Source of the DNA: an uncultured Nitrososphaerota archaeon
GTDB lineage: Archaea; Thermoproteota; EX4484-205; JAAOZO01
Length of the DNA: 16,585 bases
Direction: 5' to 3'
NCBI GenBank assembly: GCA_964408285.1
Contig: CAYOYV010000012.1
Coordinates: 1 to 16,585, forward strand
Shown piece by piece: positions 1-8,767 of this stretch. Made by a program: the position numbers and the translations under genes. The notes beneath the pieces are model-generated. The model worked only from the letters and a program-made list of their open reading frames with translations, was not told the origin of the DNA and did not search any database. The stretch's first letter is position 1. The number at the start of each line of letters is the position of its first letter.

Positions 1-2
1 GC

Positions 3-350
3 GCGGACTTCCAGACCTTGGCGAGGAAATCCTCCCTTGAAAGAATAGGCCTGCCTGTGGGGCAAATGACTCAGTTCATCGAATCAGCAGGAGAACTGAT
101 CAAGAGATACGACCCCCTTTACAATGTCCAACGCTTTCGATCCATACCGCTTCTGCTGCTGAATGGAGAACTTGACGACCTGATACCCTTAGCGTGTGCC
201 CAGTCGCTCTATGAAGCTTTGAAGCCACAGTACCAAGCCACTCCCGAGAAGCTAAAAATGAAAGTCTATCCGGGAGTTGGACACCAATACACGCATGAGA
301 TGGAAGATGACGCAGTCGACTGGCTAAAGCGATATCTCCTTCTGCGATGA
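3..350 (+). CDS. Alpha/beta hydrolase (esterase/S9-like), C-terminal part; 5' end lies outside the window
   Basis: The frame is open from the window edge. PLLLLNGELDDLIP (catalytic Asp strand) and YPGVGH (catalytic His) are typical of alpha/beta hydrolase C-termini. The nucleophile motif is not in the window. Confidence 0.8.
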   Translation, partial: ADFQTLARKSSLERIGLPVGQMTQFIESAGELIKRYDPLYNVQRFRSIPLLLLNGELDDLIPLACAQSLYEALKPQYQATPEKLKMKVYPGVGHQYTHEMEDDAVDWLKRYLLLR

Positions 351-428
351 ACGGATCTCAACCGTCAGATCGCGCATTGAAAAGAGTCATGGAGTCTAGG
401 AACACATGTCCTGGTCGCGCGCGATAAC

Positions 429-1226
429 TTAGAACGCATTCAATATTTCTCGGAAATCCTCTTGGCTCAATCTCCAGCCCACGGCACCGACGTTTTCTTC
501 AACGTGTTCTAACCTGGAGGCCTTTGGAATAGGGACCACCGGCTCGATACAGATGAGCCAATTGAGTGCTACTTGAATCGCAGTCTTGCCATATTTCATG
601 CCGATTTTTTTGACCAGTTCGTGTTCGGATATGGCTCCCTTGTCTATTGGCGTGTATGCCATGTACATCATTCCCTCCTTCTGTGCGTAGGGTATCATCT
701 CCGAGTAGTCCTTCCTTTGCATTAGGCTGAATCTGTTCTGAATGGCTGCGATGTCAGCACTTCTGAGACAGTCCCTGGCTTCCTCTATTCCTTCAACGTC
801 AAAGTTACTCAAACCAATATGCTTGACCTTTCCTGTCTTGACAAGCTCCTCCATGGCGCGCATGGTCTCACAAACTGGAACTCCGCTCGCCGGCCAGTGA
901 AGCAGGTACAGGTCTATATATGTCCCGAGTCTCTCAGAGCTTGCCAGAGCGGCCTTTAAGACATCATCACGGTGAGCGTGGGTCGGGGAGACCTTAGTCA
1001 CTATGAACAGCCCGTCCCTCTTGAATGCCTTTATTGCCCTTCCCACGATTTCCTCGCTGTATCCATTTGCATAAGACTCCGCTGTGTCTATCAGTCTTGC
1101 GCCGATCTCAATACCCCTCCGAAGTGCTGCAACAGAAGTTTCTTCAGACGCTCTATCGATCCCATAGGTTCCGAGACCAAGGCTAGGCACGCTGACTCCC
1201 AATTTCGCGAAGAATTTAGTATCCAC
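429..1226 (-). CDS. Aldo/keto reductase
   Basis: AKR motifs LGLGTY, IDTAESY, FIVTKV, IDLYLLHWP, IGLSNF, AYTP and PIPKAS. The likely start is GTG at 1226 (MDTKFFAKLG), not the ORF-track ATG at 1253, because a TATA-like CTTATGAA overlaps 1253. Confidence 0.93.
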   Translation of the reverse strand: MDTKFFAKLGVSVPSLGLGTYGIDRASEETSVAALRRGIEIGARLIDTAESYANGYSEEIVGRAIKAFKRDGLFIVTKVSPTHAHRDDVLKAALASSERLGTYIDLYLLHWPASGVPVCETMRAMEELVKTGKVKHIGLSNFDVEGIEEARDCLRSADIAAIQNRFSLMQRKDYSEMIPYAQKEGMMYMAYTPIDKGAISEHELVKKIGMKYGKTAIQVALNWLICIEPVVPIPKASRLEHVEENVGAVGWRLSQEDFREILNAF

Positions 1227-1304
1227 GAATCTGAATATTACGAAGGGATTCATAAGTATTGAATCCGATGGAAGGCAAATTCGCGCGCGCGACCTATAAT
1301 CGGA

Positions 1305-1610
1305 TCAGATGCGCTCGATCTTGAAGACAGCGGGCCTCAGCCCATCGGGGCAACAGCCTATGCATACCGCTGGTTCTTCGTACCAGTCAAGAAAGTCTCC
1401 CTTGGACGCAAGCGTAACAGCATATGGGAATATCGCATCCCAAGCGTAGGGACAAAACCCTTCGGGCATCTTGAGTCCTTCCTCGACATTGACAACTTGG
1501 TCATCCTTGAAGACAGGGCAAGGGCCACTGTAGGTCGCCTTCACTGGCGGTTCTCGAAAGACCTCCTCGGGTTTGAATCTCTTGAGAACTGTGATCCTTA
1601 GCCTACTCAT
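1305..1610 (-). CDS. TIGR04076-family Cys-rich small protein
   Basis: Pattern ITV...GPCP.F..G/DQ...P.GFCP.AW..I.P...CCPDGLRP.VFKIERI. ATG at 1610 lies 5 nt after a GAGGTGA SD (1616-1622). Confidence 0.82.
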   Translation of the reverse strand: MSRLRITVLKRFKPEEVFREPPVKATYSGPCPVFKDDQVVNVEEGLKMPEGFCPYAWDAIFPYAVTLASKGDFLDWYEEPAVCIGCCPDGLRPAVFKIERI

Positions 1611-1649
1611 TCGCTTCACCTCTAGACAAGCTCAGAATAGGAGTTGTTG

Positions 1650-1657
1650 TTATTAAA
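1650..1657 (-). promoter_or_regulatory. Putative archaeal TATA box (TTTAATAA) for the TIGR04076 gene
   Basis: Consensus-like TATA ~40 nt upstream of the ATG, followed by the SD. Confidence 0.55.
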
Positions 1658-1697
1658 CCCTGATTAAACTGGATCGTGGGTCCTCTCTCCAACGTGC

Positions 1698-4091
1698 CTA
1701 GAGACTCACTCTAATCCTTGTCCTGCGTTCGGGTGTTATCCCCTCAAGAGTCAAGCTGCCCTGCCCATAACTCCACTTAGCTCCTGTGACTCTTTTCGGT
1801 TTCACCACATTCATCAGTTTCACATTCCACGTCTTCTTCGACGGTCCTAACGTTACCTCTAAGTTCCCTTTGCTCTTTGTGAAGGAGATCGAGCATGCCT
1901 CTCCGTCGAAAGAGTATCTGAAGGTCCCCCGGTTCTTGGGGTAGATCATAGCAGTGATTTCTCTGAAGGGTTTCTCGCCGACATATTGCACGGGCTCAGT
2001 GATGGGGATTATCGCATCTTCTCGTATCCAGAGCGGGATGCTCGAGAGGGACACCTTCTGCCTAATCCAAACTCTCCCGCTCAACTCTTTCCTAGGTCTC
2101 CAGAAATCTGCCCACCAACCGCCAGGAAGATAATATGAAACCTCTCCCCCCTCACTTAACACGGGGATGACCATAAGGCCTTTGCCGAGCATGTACTGGC
2201 TGTCTATTCTCCAAGTTGTCGGGTCATTCTGGAACTCCAAGACCATTGGCCTCACCATTGGAACACAATCGTCGCAGGACCGGACAGCCAAAGAGCACAA
2301 ATAGGGAATTAGGGAATATCTGAGCTCGTCAAACTTCTTGAATATCTTGAGGGCTTCTTCTCCGTACTCCCAAGGCTCTCTGGGCGGCGATCCATGGGCG
2401 CGCGAAAGGGGACCCAGCAGCCCCCACTGTGCCCATCTGACATATAGTTCGGGGGTAGGTCTATCTCCTTGGAAGCCCCCAATGTCGTGGCTCCAGAAAG
2501 GTACTCCTGACATTGAGTAACTTAACACACCCCATAGCGTGGCTGCCATGTGCTTGTAAGTGGAGTGAGAATCCCCTGCCCACTGGGCCGGGTAAGCTTG
2601 TATCCCCGCGTACCCTGGCCTGCCCCACACTAGACCTTCGCCATAGAAATCCCTGACAGCTTCGAATACCGTGGACGAATATTCCACCGCATATGCGTTG
2701 TGCGCCTCAAGGCCGGTACGGCCATCATAGAAGGCTGCTTCCTCTGGTATGGCCTCCCCCATGTCGGCTTTGAAGACCCTCACTCCCTCTTCCATGCGTC
2801 TCTTGAGTATGGCCTTATACCACTCTCTAGCCTGCGGGTGGGTGAAGTCAACTATTCCACAAGAGCTATGTACAAAATCAACTATATCGACGGCTTCTCC
2901 ATTCTTTTTCTTCAGGAGATATCCCCTTTCAACGGCCTCCCTGTAGAGTTCTGTCTCCTTGGGAATGTAGGGCTGCATCCAAAGGGAAACCTTGAAGCCC
3001 ATGTCAGAAAGCTCTTTGAGCATTTCTCTTGGATTCGGAAAGGCGTCAGTATTCCATTCTAAGTCGCAATAGTGATGCGGCCTTAACCATGAGGGATCTA
3101 TGTGAATGACATCACATGGGATTCTTCTCCGCCTTAGCTCACGAGCTACGTTCATTACCTGCTCTCTCGACTTATACTCTGCCCTTGATTGCCAGAAACC
3201 GAAACTCCAGAGTGGTGGAAGCCTAGGTCTGCCGGTGATACCCATATATGTGGAGATTACTTCCTTGAGGCTAGATCCAAGTATCACAATGTACTCCAGT
3301 TTCGGAGACCACGCTTCAAAAGACAGGCTTGTCGAGGAATACCCCGAGCCCACCTCAAAAACGATCTTCCCACCAAAGTTGACGAATACTCCATAGTTAC
3401 GCGTAGAGGCGTAGAAGGGGATGCACTTGTAGGATCTATCACCTCCTGTCAATGTGGCGTCGCTATTCCATAACAGGATTGCCTGCCCCCTTTTGTCCAG
3501 TGGCGTGAACTTCTCGCCAAAGCCATAGATTGCCTCGTCGGGCTCAAGGCCAAAGCTCTCCACCAGATGTAAATCCTCTCCGACCTTCTTGAATGAAAGC
3601 GGAAAGACAGGAAAGTATGTTCGCTTAAGACCCTCGCCATATTCTTCGAGGAGCACTCTATCGTTCTTGTCTAGGAACCTTAGGTTCCAGGGTTCTGAAT
3701 GAACTTCCACCCTAGCTCTCTCAGAGTCAAGGATTAGCGACCCGTTTCGCTTCTCGAGTTTCACTTTCCTCGTCTCATAATTCATCGGACGATCCTCGTT
3801 AATCCTCACTAGGACAGCATTTTCACATATGAACGAGAGTTCCACGCGTAAAAAAGGACCACCGCTTGTTGTACTCGCCTTAAGTCTAAGGCTTCGTCCA
3901 TTGAAGTCCGATGACTCGATTCTACTAGGCCTGTAGTAGCTCCATCTGGTCACGTCGAATATTGGCTCAATGTCCCTCTTGTGAAGATACCTATCAAGGT
4001 AGTACTCAAACTCATTCAGTGACTTGAACGGACGTGGGGGTTTCCAGGACGTTTCTTCATCCATGTCTGTTTTCAGGCGGTTTGTTCTCAC
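1698..4091 (-). CDS. Glycoside hydrolase family 31, YicI-like alpha-xylosidase/alpha-glucosidase
   Basis: YGFGE, SYKCIPFY, PPLWSFGFW, IPCDVIHID, nucleophile motif FKADMGE, acid/base WAGD, WSHDIGGF and PELYVRWAQWG. The start is GTG 4091 or ATG 4064. Substrate is inferred. Confidence 0.92.
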   Translation of the reverse strand: MRTNRLKTDMDEETSWKPPRPFKSLNEFEYYLDRYLHKRDIEPIFDVTRWSYYRPSRIESSDFNGRSLRLKASTTSGGPFLRVELSFICENAVLVRINEDRPMNYETRKVKLEKRNGSLILDSERARVEVHSEPWNLRFLDKNDRVLLEEYGEGLKRTYFPVFPLSFKKVGEDLHLVESFGLEPDEAIYGFGEKFTPLDKRGQAILLWNSDATLTGGDRSYKCIPFYASTRNYGVFVNFGGKIVFEVGSGYSSTSLSFEAWSPKLEYIVILGSSLKEVISTYMGITGRPRLPPLWSFGFWQSRAEYKSREQVMNVARELRRRRIPCDVIHIDPSWLRPHHYCDLEWNTDAFPNPREMLKELSDMGFKVSLWMQPYIPKETELYREAVERGYLLKKKNGEAVDIVDFVHSSCGIVDFTHPQAREWYKAILKRRMEEGVRVFKADMGEAIPEEAAFYDGRTGLEAHNAYAVEYSSTVFEAVRDFYGEGLVWGRPGYAGIQAYPAQWAGDSHSTYKHMAATLWGVLSYSMSGVPFWSHDIGGFQGDRPTPELYVRWAQWGLLGPLSRAHGSPPREPWEYGEEALKIFKKFDELRYSLIPYLCSLAVRSCDDCVPMVRPMVLEFQNDPTTWRIDSQYMLGKGLMVIPVLSEGGEVSYYLPGGWWADFWRPRKELSGRVWIRQKVSLSSIPLWIREDAIIPITEPVQYVGEKPFREITAMIYPKNRGTFRYSFDGEACSISFTKSKGNLEVTLGPSKKTWNVKLMNVVKPKRVTGAKWSYGQGSLTLEGITPERRTRIRVSL

Positions 4092-4254
4092 TCACCGTCA
4101 AAAACTTTTGCTGGGTACTTCAAGAGAGAACCGCGTTCTCTATCTGGTTTGGATCACAAAAAGTATCCGATTCCCATTGAGGCAGTGTATATAGTCATCG
4201 CAATGTGGAATATGGGGGTCGCCTTGAGACCGGCCACGCGCGGGAGCACGCGAC

Positions 4255-4264
4255 AAAGTATAAG
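4255..4264 (+). promoter_or_regulatory. Putative BRE/TATA (AAAGTATAAG) for the ABC operon
   Basis: ~30 nt upstream of ATG 4293 and immediately preceded by CG-rich tracts (4237-4253). Confidence 0.5.
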
Positions 4265-4292
4265 AATTCTAGATAATCATGGCTGGCAATTC

Positions 4293-5300
4293 ATGAAAGC
4301 AAGCTCCCCTGCCCTTGAGGCTTCGGACTTGGTAAAGGTCTACAACAAGGCCGGCGCCAAGGACAAGGCCTTAGGTGTGCTTCTGCGAAGGGAAATCCCG
4401 AAGGAGGTGAAGGCATTAGATGGGGTTAGCCTTAGGGTTGAGTGGGGAGAGATCTTTGGCATTTTAGGGCCTAATGGGGCTGGCAAGACAACGCTAATCA
4501 AGATACTCACCACTGTGCTGGAACAAGCATCAGGCAAAGCTAGGGTTGCTGGCTTCGACACGATCGAGCAAAGTCTCGAGGTCAGGACGAGGATAGGCGT
4601 GTTGCCTGAGGAATCAGAGAGGGGATTCTATTGGAGGATGTCTGTCTGGGACAATTTGTACTTCTACGCGGTGATATATGGAATAACAAATCCGGAACGG
4701 AGGGTTCAGCAACTCATAGATATGTTCGAGCTGGAGGAACATGCTAACAAATGGTTCCAGAAGCTGTCAAAAGGCGAGAAGCAAAGGGTGGCCATTGCCA
4801 GGGCCTTGATTTCGGACGCCCCGATACTCATATTCGATGAACCGACTTCTGGCTTGGACGTTAAGACCTCGAAGGCCATGAGAACTTGGTTGAAGGAGAG
4901 GTTCGGCTCGGCAGAAAGAACGATTCTCGTGAGCTCGCATGACATGCTTCTAATCGAGGAGGTGTGTGAAAGGGTAGCGATCATGCACAAGGGCAGGATT
5001 CTGAACGTCGGTTCTCCATCTGAGATCAAATCATTAATATCAAAGAGCGAGAGAGCGAGATTTGCCGTAGAAGTGGAGCCGATGACTGACGAACTGAAGA
5101 AGAGCATCGCTGATATTGGTTGGGCTGTCAAGGAAGACTCCGGGAAGCTGATCGCCACCGCACCAGACGCAAATCCTCCTTACGATCAGATTCAGCGTAT
5201 CGTCACAATCGCATCCCAAGGAGGTCGCCTCAAGTCATTTCAGCGATTAGAGCCATCCCTTGAAGAGACGTTCATAGCCTTGACCGAAGGTGGTGCCTGA
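4293..5300 (+). CDS. ABC-2 type exporter, ATP-binding subunit
   Basis: Walker A GPNGAGKT, signature variant LSKGE, Walker B ILIFDEP, H-loop SSH and a C-terminal PSLEETF motif. The start is taken as ATG 4293 because the ORF-track extension crosses the promoter. Confidence 0.93.
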   Translation: MKASSPALEASDLVKVYNKAGAKDKALGVLLRREIPKEVKALDGVSLRVEWGEIFGILGPNGAGKTTLIKILTTVLEQASGKARVAGFDTIEQSLEVRTRIGVLPEESERGFYWRMSVWDNLYFYAVIYGITNPERRVQQLIDMFELEEHANKWFQKLSKGEKQRVAIARALISDAPILIFDEPTSGLDVKTSKAMRTWLKERFGSAERTILVSSHDMLLIEEVCERVAIMHKGRILNVGSPSEIKSLISKSERARFAVEVEPMTDELKKSIADIGWAVKEDSGKLIATAPDANPPYDQIQRIVTIASQGGRLKSFQRLEPSLEETFIALTEGGA

Positions 5301-6094
5301 TGGTGAGCCTTCGAAGCATCTATGCATTCATCTGGTTGGACCTAAAGGATTGGCTGAGCTACAGATACGAGGTATTCTTCTGGTTCCTCAACATAATAGT
5401 AGGTGCGGTCACATACGCGTACGTCGGCAGCAACATGTCTTTGACTCAATCTTTCGCCCTGTTACCCTATGGTGGCAACTTTCTTGCATTTCTTTTGGTG
5501 GGAATGGCTTTCAACGATTTCATAGTGGCTTCGCTCAACGCTCCGAGGAATGTACTGAATCCCTGGGATCTGGAGTGGAAACTCATGATGCCCTGCTCGC
5601 TACTGGATGCCATAATTGGAAGCATTTGGTTCAGGTACATGATCTCAACAATACAATTAGTGATATACTTCCTATTCGGGCTGGCATTCGGTGTCAGCTA
5701 TGATGTCAATCTTTTTGCCGCCGTTCTAGTCATGCTTTTTGGCATGGCAGCAATGTGGGGGTTTGGATTGCTGAGCGCAAGCATTCAGATAATAACAAAG
5801 AGATGGGACCCCGTTGTCTGGCTCTTCACGACAATGGGCTGGCTTCTTAGCGGAGTCTGGTTCCCAGTTCAGTTCCTTCCGGACCCATTGAGGAGCCTCT
5901 CGGCAATCATGCCCCAGACATACATCTTGGATATGCTCAGGCGTTCATTGCTGACAGCGGCGTCAATAGTCGATATATTGCCATCCCTGACGAGCTTGTT
6001 ATTGTTGGCGTTCGTAATAGATTCAATAGGAGTTCTGGCTATCAGATGGGGCCTCAGGGTTGCTAAGAGGCAAGGAACTGTGGGTTACTACTAA
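5300..6094 (+). CDS. ABC-2 type exporter, permease
   Basis: About six hydrophobic segments and an LLSGVWFPV..LP motif. It is translationally coupled to the ATPase by a TGATG overlap. Confidence 0.9.
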   Translation: MVSLRSIYAFIWLDLKDWLSYRYEVFFWFLNIIVGAVTYAYVGSNMSLTQSFALLPYGGNFLAFLLVGMAFNDFIVASLNAPRNVLNPWDLEWKLMMPCSLLDAIIGSIWFRYMISTIQLVIYFLFGLAFGVSYDVNLFAAVLVMLFGMAAMWGFGLLSASIQIITKRWDPVVWLFTTMGWLLSGVWFPVQFLPDPLRSLSAIMPQTYILDMLRRSLLTAASIVDILPSLTSLLLLAFVIDSIGVLAIRWGLRVAKRQGTVGYY

Positions 6095-6325
6095 GACCTA
6101 GCGGGCGTGGCTATGCTATACGTGCATTTCTCATAAGATTGTTCATGAATAAGGCTTTTGAGAACACTAAGCAATATAACGCTGAATATTGCGAAGGGCA
6201 ACCGTTTCAGACCGGGTAACTTGCAGCAAGTGCCGGAGAGAGATTCTGAAATCGGAGTCCGGTTTTCTTGATGGAAAATGCCTTTGTTCCCATTGCTTGA
6301 GGGTCGTTGCGGACTCTTATTCTGA

Positions 6326-6769
6326 GTGAAACGTGTTCTTAGGTTGCGCTCTAGCCTGTTTCTTTTCCTCCTTGTTCAGTCTGTTCAGAGGGCTGGTTCT
6401 CCTCGTGACTCCTATGGGCCTTATGGCCACAGCAGAATCCGGGACATTGCGTCAGTATTAGGAGTGTGTTCGTTCCTTGGTCTACTTTCATTGGCCCTAA
6501 GCGCGGTGTTTCTTATTTCTGGAATAAAGATGCGAAATGCGAGTGATGTGAGAGGCAGGGATTATGGCCTCTTGGCTGCCAGACTGGATTACGTGCTGAT
6601 GGTGCTCTATCCCATTCTTTCGATACTAATTGCAGCCGGCGGTTATATACCGGGGAACAACCTTCCCCTATTCTACATGATTCTGGTGACCCCAGAGGCC
6701 CTCTGTAATTGTATCCTGATGTTGATTTTGCCTACTTTATCATCAGTGGAATTCGTCAAAAACAAGTAG
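6326..6769 (+). CDS. Hypothetical membrane protein (possible signal peptide plus ~3 TM helices)
   Basis: 147-aa ORF with a basic/hydrophobic N-terminus and hydrophobic stretches. No family recognised and the start is uncertain. Confidence 0.55.
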   Translation: MKRVLRLRSSLFLFLLVQSVQRAGSPRDSYGPYGHSRIRDIASVLGVCSFLGLLSLALSAVFLISGIKMRNASDVRGRDYGLLAARLDYVLMVLYPILSILIAAGGYIPGNNLPLFYMILVTPEALCNCILMLILPTLSSVEFVKNK

Positions 6770-6776
6770 CCTTTCT

Positions 6777-6810
6777 CGTGTGTAGACACGGTGGTGCGAA
6801 GACTACACCA
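6777..6810. terminator. Two short hairpins between convergent genes (possible termination signal)
   Basis: CGTGT-gtag-ACACG (6777-6790) and TGGTG-N9-CACCA (6792-6810). Confidence 0.25.
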
Positions 6811-6872
6811 TTAGGAGTTGGTTAGTTCGCGTGAGCACTGGAGATCGGAGCCGCTTCGTCTAGGAAGATCAA

Positions 6873-7223
6873 CTAATGGGCCCGTCCGCATGTGTGACAA
6901 TACCAAATTCGCAGCTCTGGGTGGTAGGTCAAGGCATCACCACAAAAAAAGCAATGAAAAGGATCACTCATATCGGATTTCGGAGAAACATTCGGCGAAT
7001 CTTTCGTCTTTGCAGAGCGAGGGCGCTTGAGTAGCCGCTCGATAGCCTCAGACAAGATAGCTAGCGTCAGACTCGCGACACCCACATAGGATCCCAAACT
7101 GGTGATCAAACCCATGCCCGGAACATCGTGCCATCCGAAGACAGACTCAAGAGTGATGGGTATTAAGACCGCTAGCAAACCCACGACCGTGAGCTTCAAA
7201 AGGTAGGAACTAATCCTATTCAA
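6873..7223 (-). CDS. Small two-TM membrane protein with a C-terminal zinc ribbon
   Basis: Two hydrophobic helices, then CFFC-x14-CHTC. The TTG start has TTTTTTAA (7252-7259) ~28 nt upstream, suggesting a leaderless transcript. Confidence 0.72.
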   Translation of the reverse strand: MNRISSYLLKLTVVGLLAVLIPITLESVFGWHDVPGMGLITSLGSYVGVASLTLAILSEAIERLLKRPRSAKTKDSPNVSPKSDMSDPFHCFFCGDALTYHPELRIWYCHTCGRAH

Positions 7224-7346
7224 AACGGCTGAGAATTCGTGGGTTCAAGAGTTAAAAAACCTTTGCGATGCGTTCCTGCGGCTTACTCGCGCACCGCACG
7301 AGAAAACCAGAAGAAACGACTTGATCTAATATTCGGAATCGTCGTC
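7216..7346. repeat. Copy A of a ~131-bp direct repeat with imperfect internal palindrome
   Basis: Hand alignment to 8768-8898 gives about 108 identities in 134 columns (~80%). Confidence 0.9.
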
Positions 7347-7354
7347 GTGGAGGT

Positions 7355-8716
7355 TCAAGCGAGCACAAGATATAAGCCGAGAGTTCTTCCTGAGTACAAT
7401 AACGTTGCTCTTAGCGTTGGCGGGGGCGTTTTGCTATCTGAAATCAAATAGATCTCTCTATTCGTCTTAAGCAAATATGGTAGGGGGCCCCCTACCATCC
7501 TAGAGTCAAACAGGTACTCAATCCAATATCTCCACTCAAATCTAGGGCTAACGACTGCACTGCCTGAAGGAATGAAGCGAGACATAGCTGAGAGGTCTTG
7601 GTATTGCAAAGGATTAAGCCTAGGTCCTATCCTGACGAATGTCGGCAATGATTGGAAGAAAAACACAAAGCCCAACAGTACTACCGAAACGACCATTTGC
7701 CACGCTGTTCTTTCGAAGAGGCTCAAAGCGTTTCCTGCAATGACGAATCCGGGAACGAAAACAACTAAGTTAAACCTCATTGCCCATTGAGGAGGCAACA
7801 TTGGAAAGGACAAACAGAGCAATGTGATTGAACTCGCAAATAATAACACGGAGTTCTCCCAGTGCCCCTTCTTGTTGTTTGTGTGAGTAAGGACGAAACC
7901 CAATGCGACTAACAGGTAGGATAGACTCCTTACGCCGATTCTGTCCTCAACATCGAAGAAAGGATGGAATTCCAGTGATTTGATAAACTGTTCAACGAAG
8001 ACGATTCCCTTTCCTATGTCAATCGTATATCCTTTTGACGAGAGGTAAAGTATAGTGCCAAGACCGAAGATTCCTGCCAAGAAGAGCAAGGAGAATCTAA
8101 GAAAGCCGGGATTCCTATTCCGAGATAACGAGGCGATTATTACTTCGGTTAACAGGAACAGAAGGGCCACACCAGTATCCAATATGTGAGTCAAGCCAGT
8201 GAGGAAAAAGGACAGAACGAAAAATACTCTCGATTCCAAACCGTGATCTCCTGTTAGAATTCTATACGAAAAGTAGATGAAAGAGAGCAGAAATGGGATA
8301 CCGATTGCGTTCTTGAGGAACTCGCCACTCATGGATATTAGACCAGGTGATAATGATGCAAAGAGACTTCCTGTCGCCGAAGCCGTGCGACTGTTTGTCA
8401 TCTTCTTTATGAGGAAATAGGCTGGGAAGACAGTTGTAGAGCATAATAGGGCCGTCCCCAATTTCACGGAGAACGTGACATCTTTGAAAATAAGTGTCAA
8501 GAGCGAAAAGAAGTAGAATGAGAAAGGTGGGTCAGGATATCTCATTCCCCAAGTCCTCAGAATGCTATCTACCTGAATGAGGTAATAGGGACCATCAATT
8601 CCATACACCAATGGAATACGGAATAGGGCCTGAGAATACGAGAGGAGTGTAATCAGGAAAAGAATACCGGCAAGCAAGATATCGGCACCCAGACGCTGTA
8701 GGAGTTTGGCCTGCAT
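7355..8716 (-). CDS. Polytopic membrane protein, GT-C-like (PMT/AglB-like) glycosyltransferase candidate
   Basis: An acidic loop motif GIDGPYY follows TM1, then YPDPP, LTH and about 11-12 TM segments, ending in a short soluble C-terminal domain. TATA CTTTAAAT is at 8746-8753. Confidence 0.65.
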   Translation of the reverse strand: MQAKLLQRLGADILLAGILFLITLLSYSQALFRIPLVYGIDGPYYLIQVDSILRTWGMRYPDPPFSFYFFSLLTLIFKDVTFSVKLGTALLCSTTVFPAYFLIKKMTNSRTASATGSLFASLSPGLISMSGEFLKNAIGIPFLLSFIYFSYRILTGDHGLESRVFFVLSFFLTGLTHILDTGVALLFLLTEVIIASLSRNRNPGFLRFSLLFLAGIFGLGTILYLSSKGYTIDIGKGIVFVEQFIKSLEFHPFFDVEDRIGVRSLSYLLVALGFVLTHTNNKKGHWENSVLLFASSITLLCLSFPMLPPQWAMRFNLVVFVPGFVIAGNALSLFERTAWQMVVSVVLLGFVFFFQSLPTFVRIGPRLNPLQYQDLSAMSRFIPSGSAVVSPRFEWRYWIEYLFDSRMVGGPLPYLLKTNREIYLISDSKTPPPTLRATLLYSGRTLGLYLVLA

Positions 8717-8745
8717 TCTCTTCCCTCTATCATCTCTGGTTTCAG

Positions 8746-8753
8746 ATTTAAAG
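8746..8753 (-). promoter_or_regulatory. Putative TATA box (CTTTAAAT) for the GT-C-like gene
   Basis: ~30 nt upstream of ATG 8716, with a (CG)4 tract 6 nt further upstream. Confidence 0.55.
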
Positions 8754-8767
8754 ACTGCACGCGCGCG

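Noticed and set aside
2338-3640. Short ORFs overlapping the GH31 gene
   Set aside because: Antisense or alternate-frame shadows of a strong CDS.
1698-4091. Sulfoquinovosidase assignment of the GH31
   Set aside because: The motifs (FKADMGE, WSHDIGGF, SRAHGS) resemble YicI more than YihQ, and no sulfoglycolysis genes are adjacent.
4149-4292. 48-aa N-terminal extension of the ABC ATPase
   Set aside because: It crosses the likely promoter and CG tract, and ATG 4293 matches the expected domain start.
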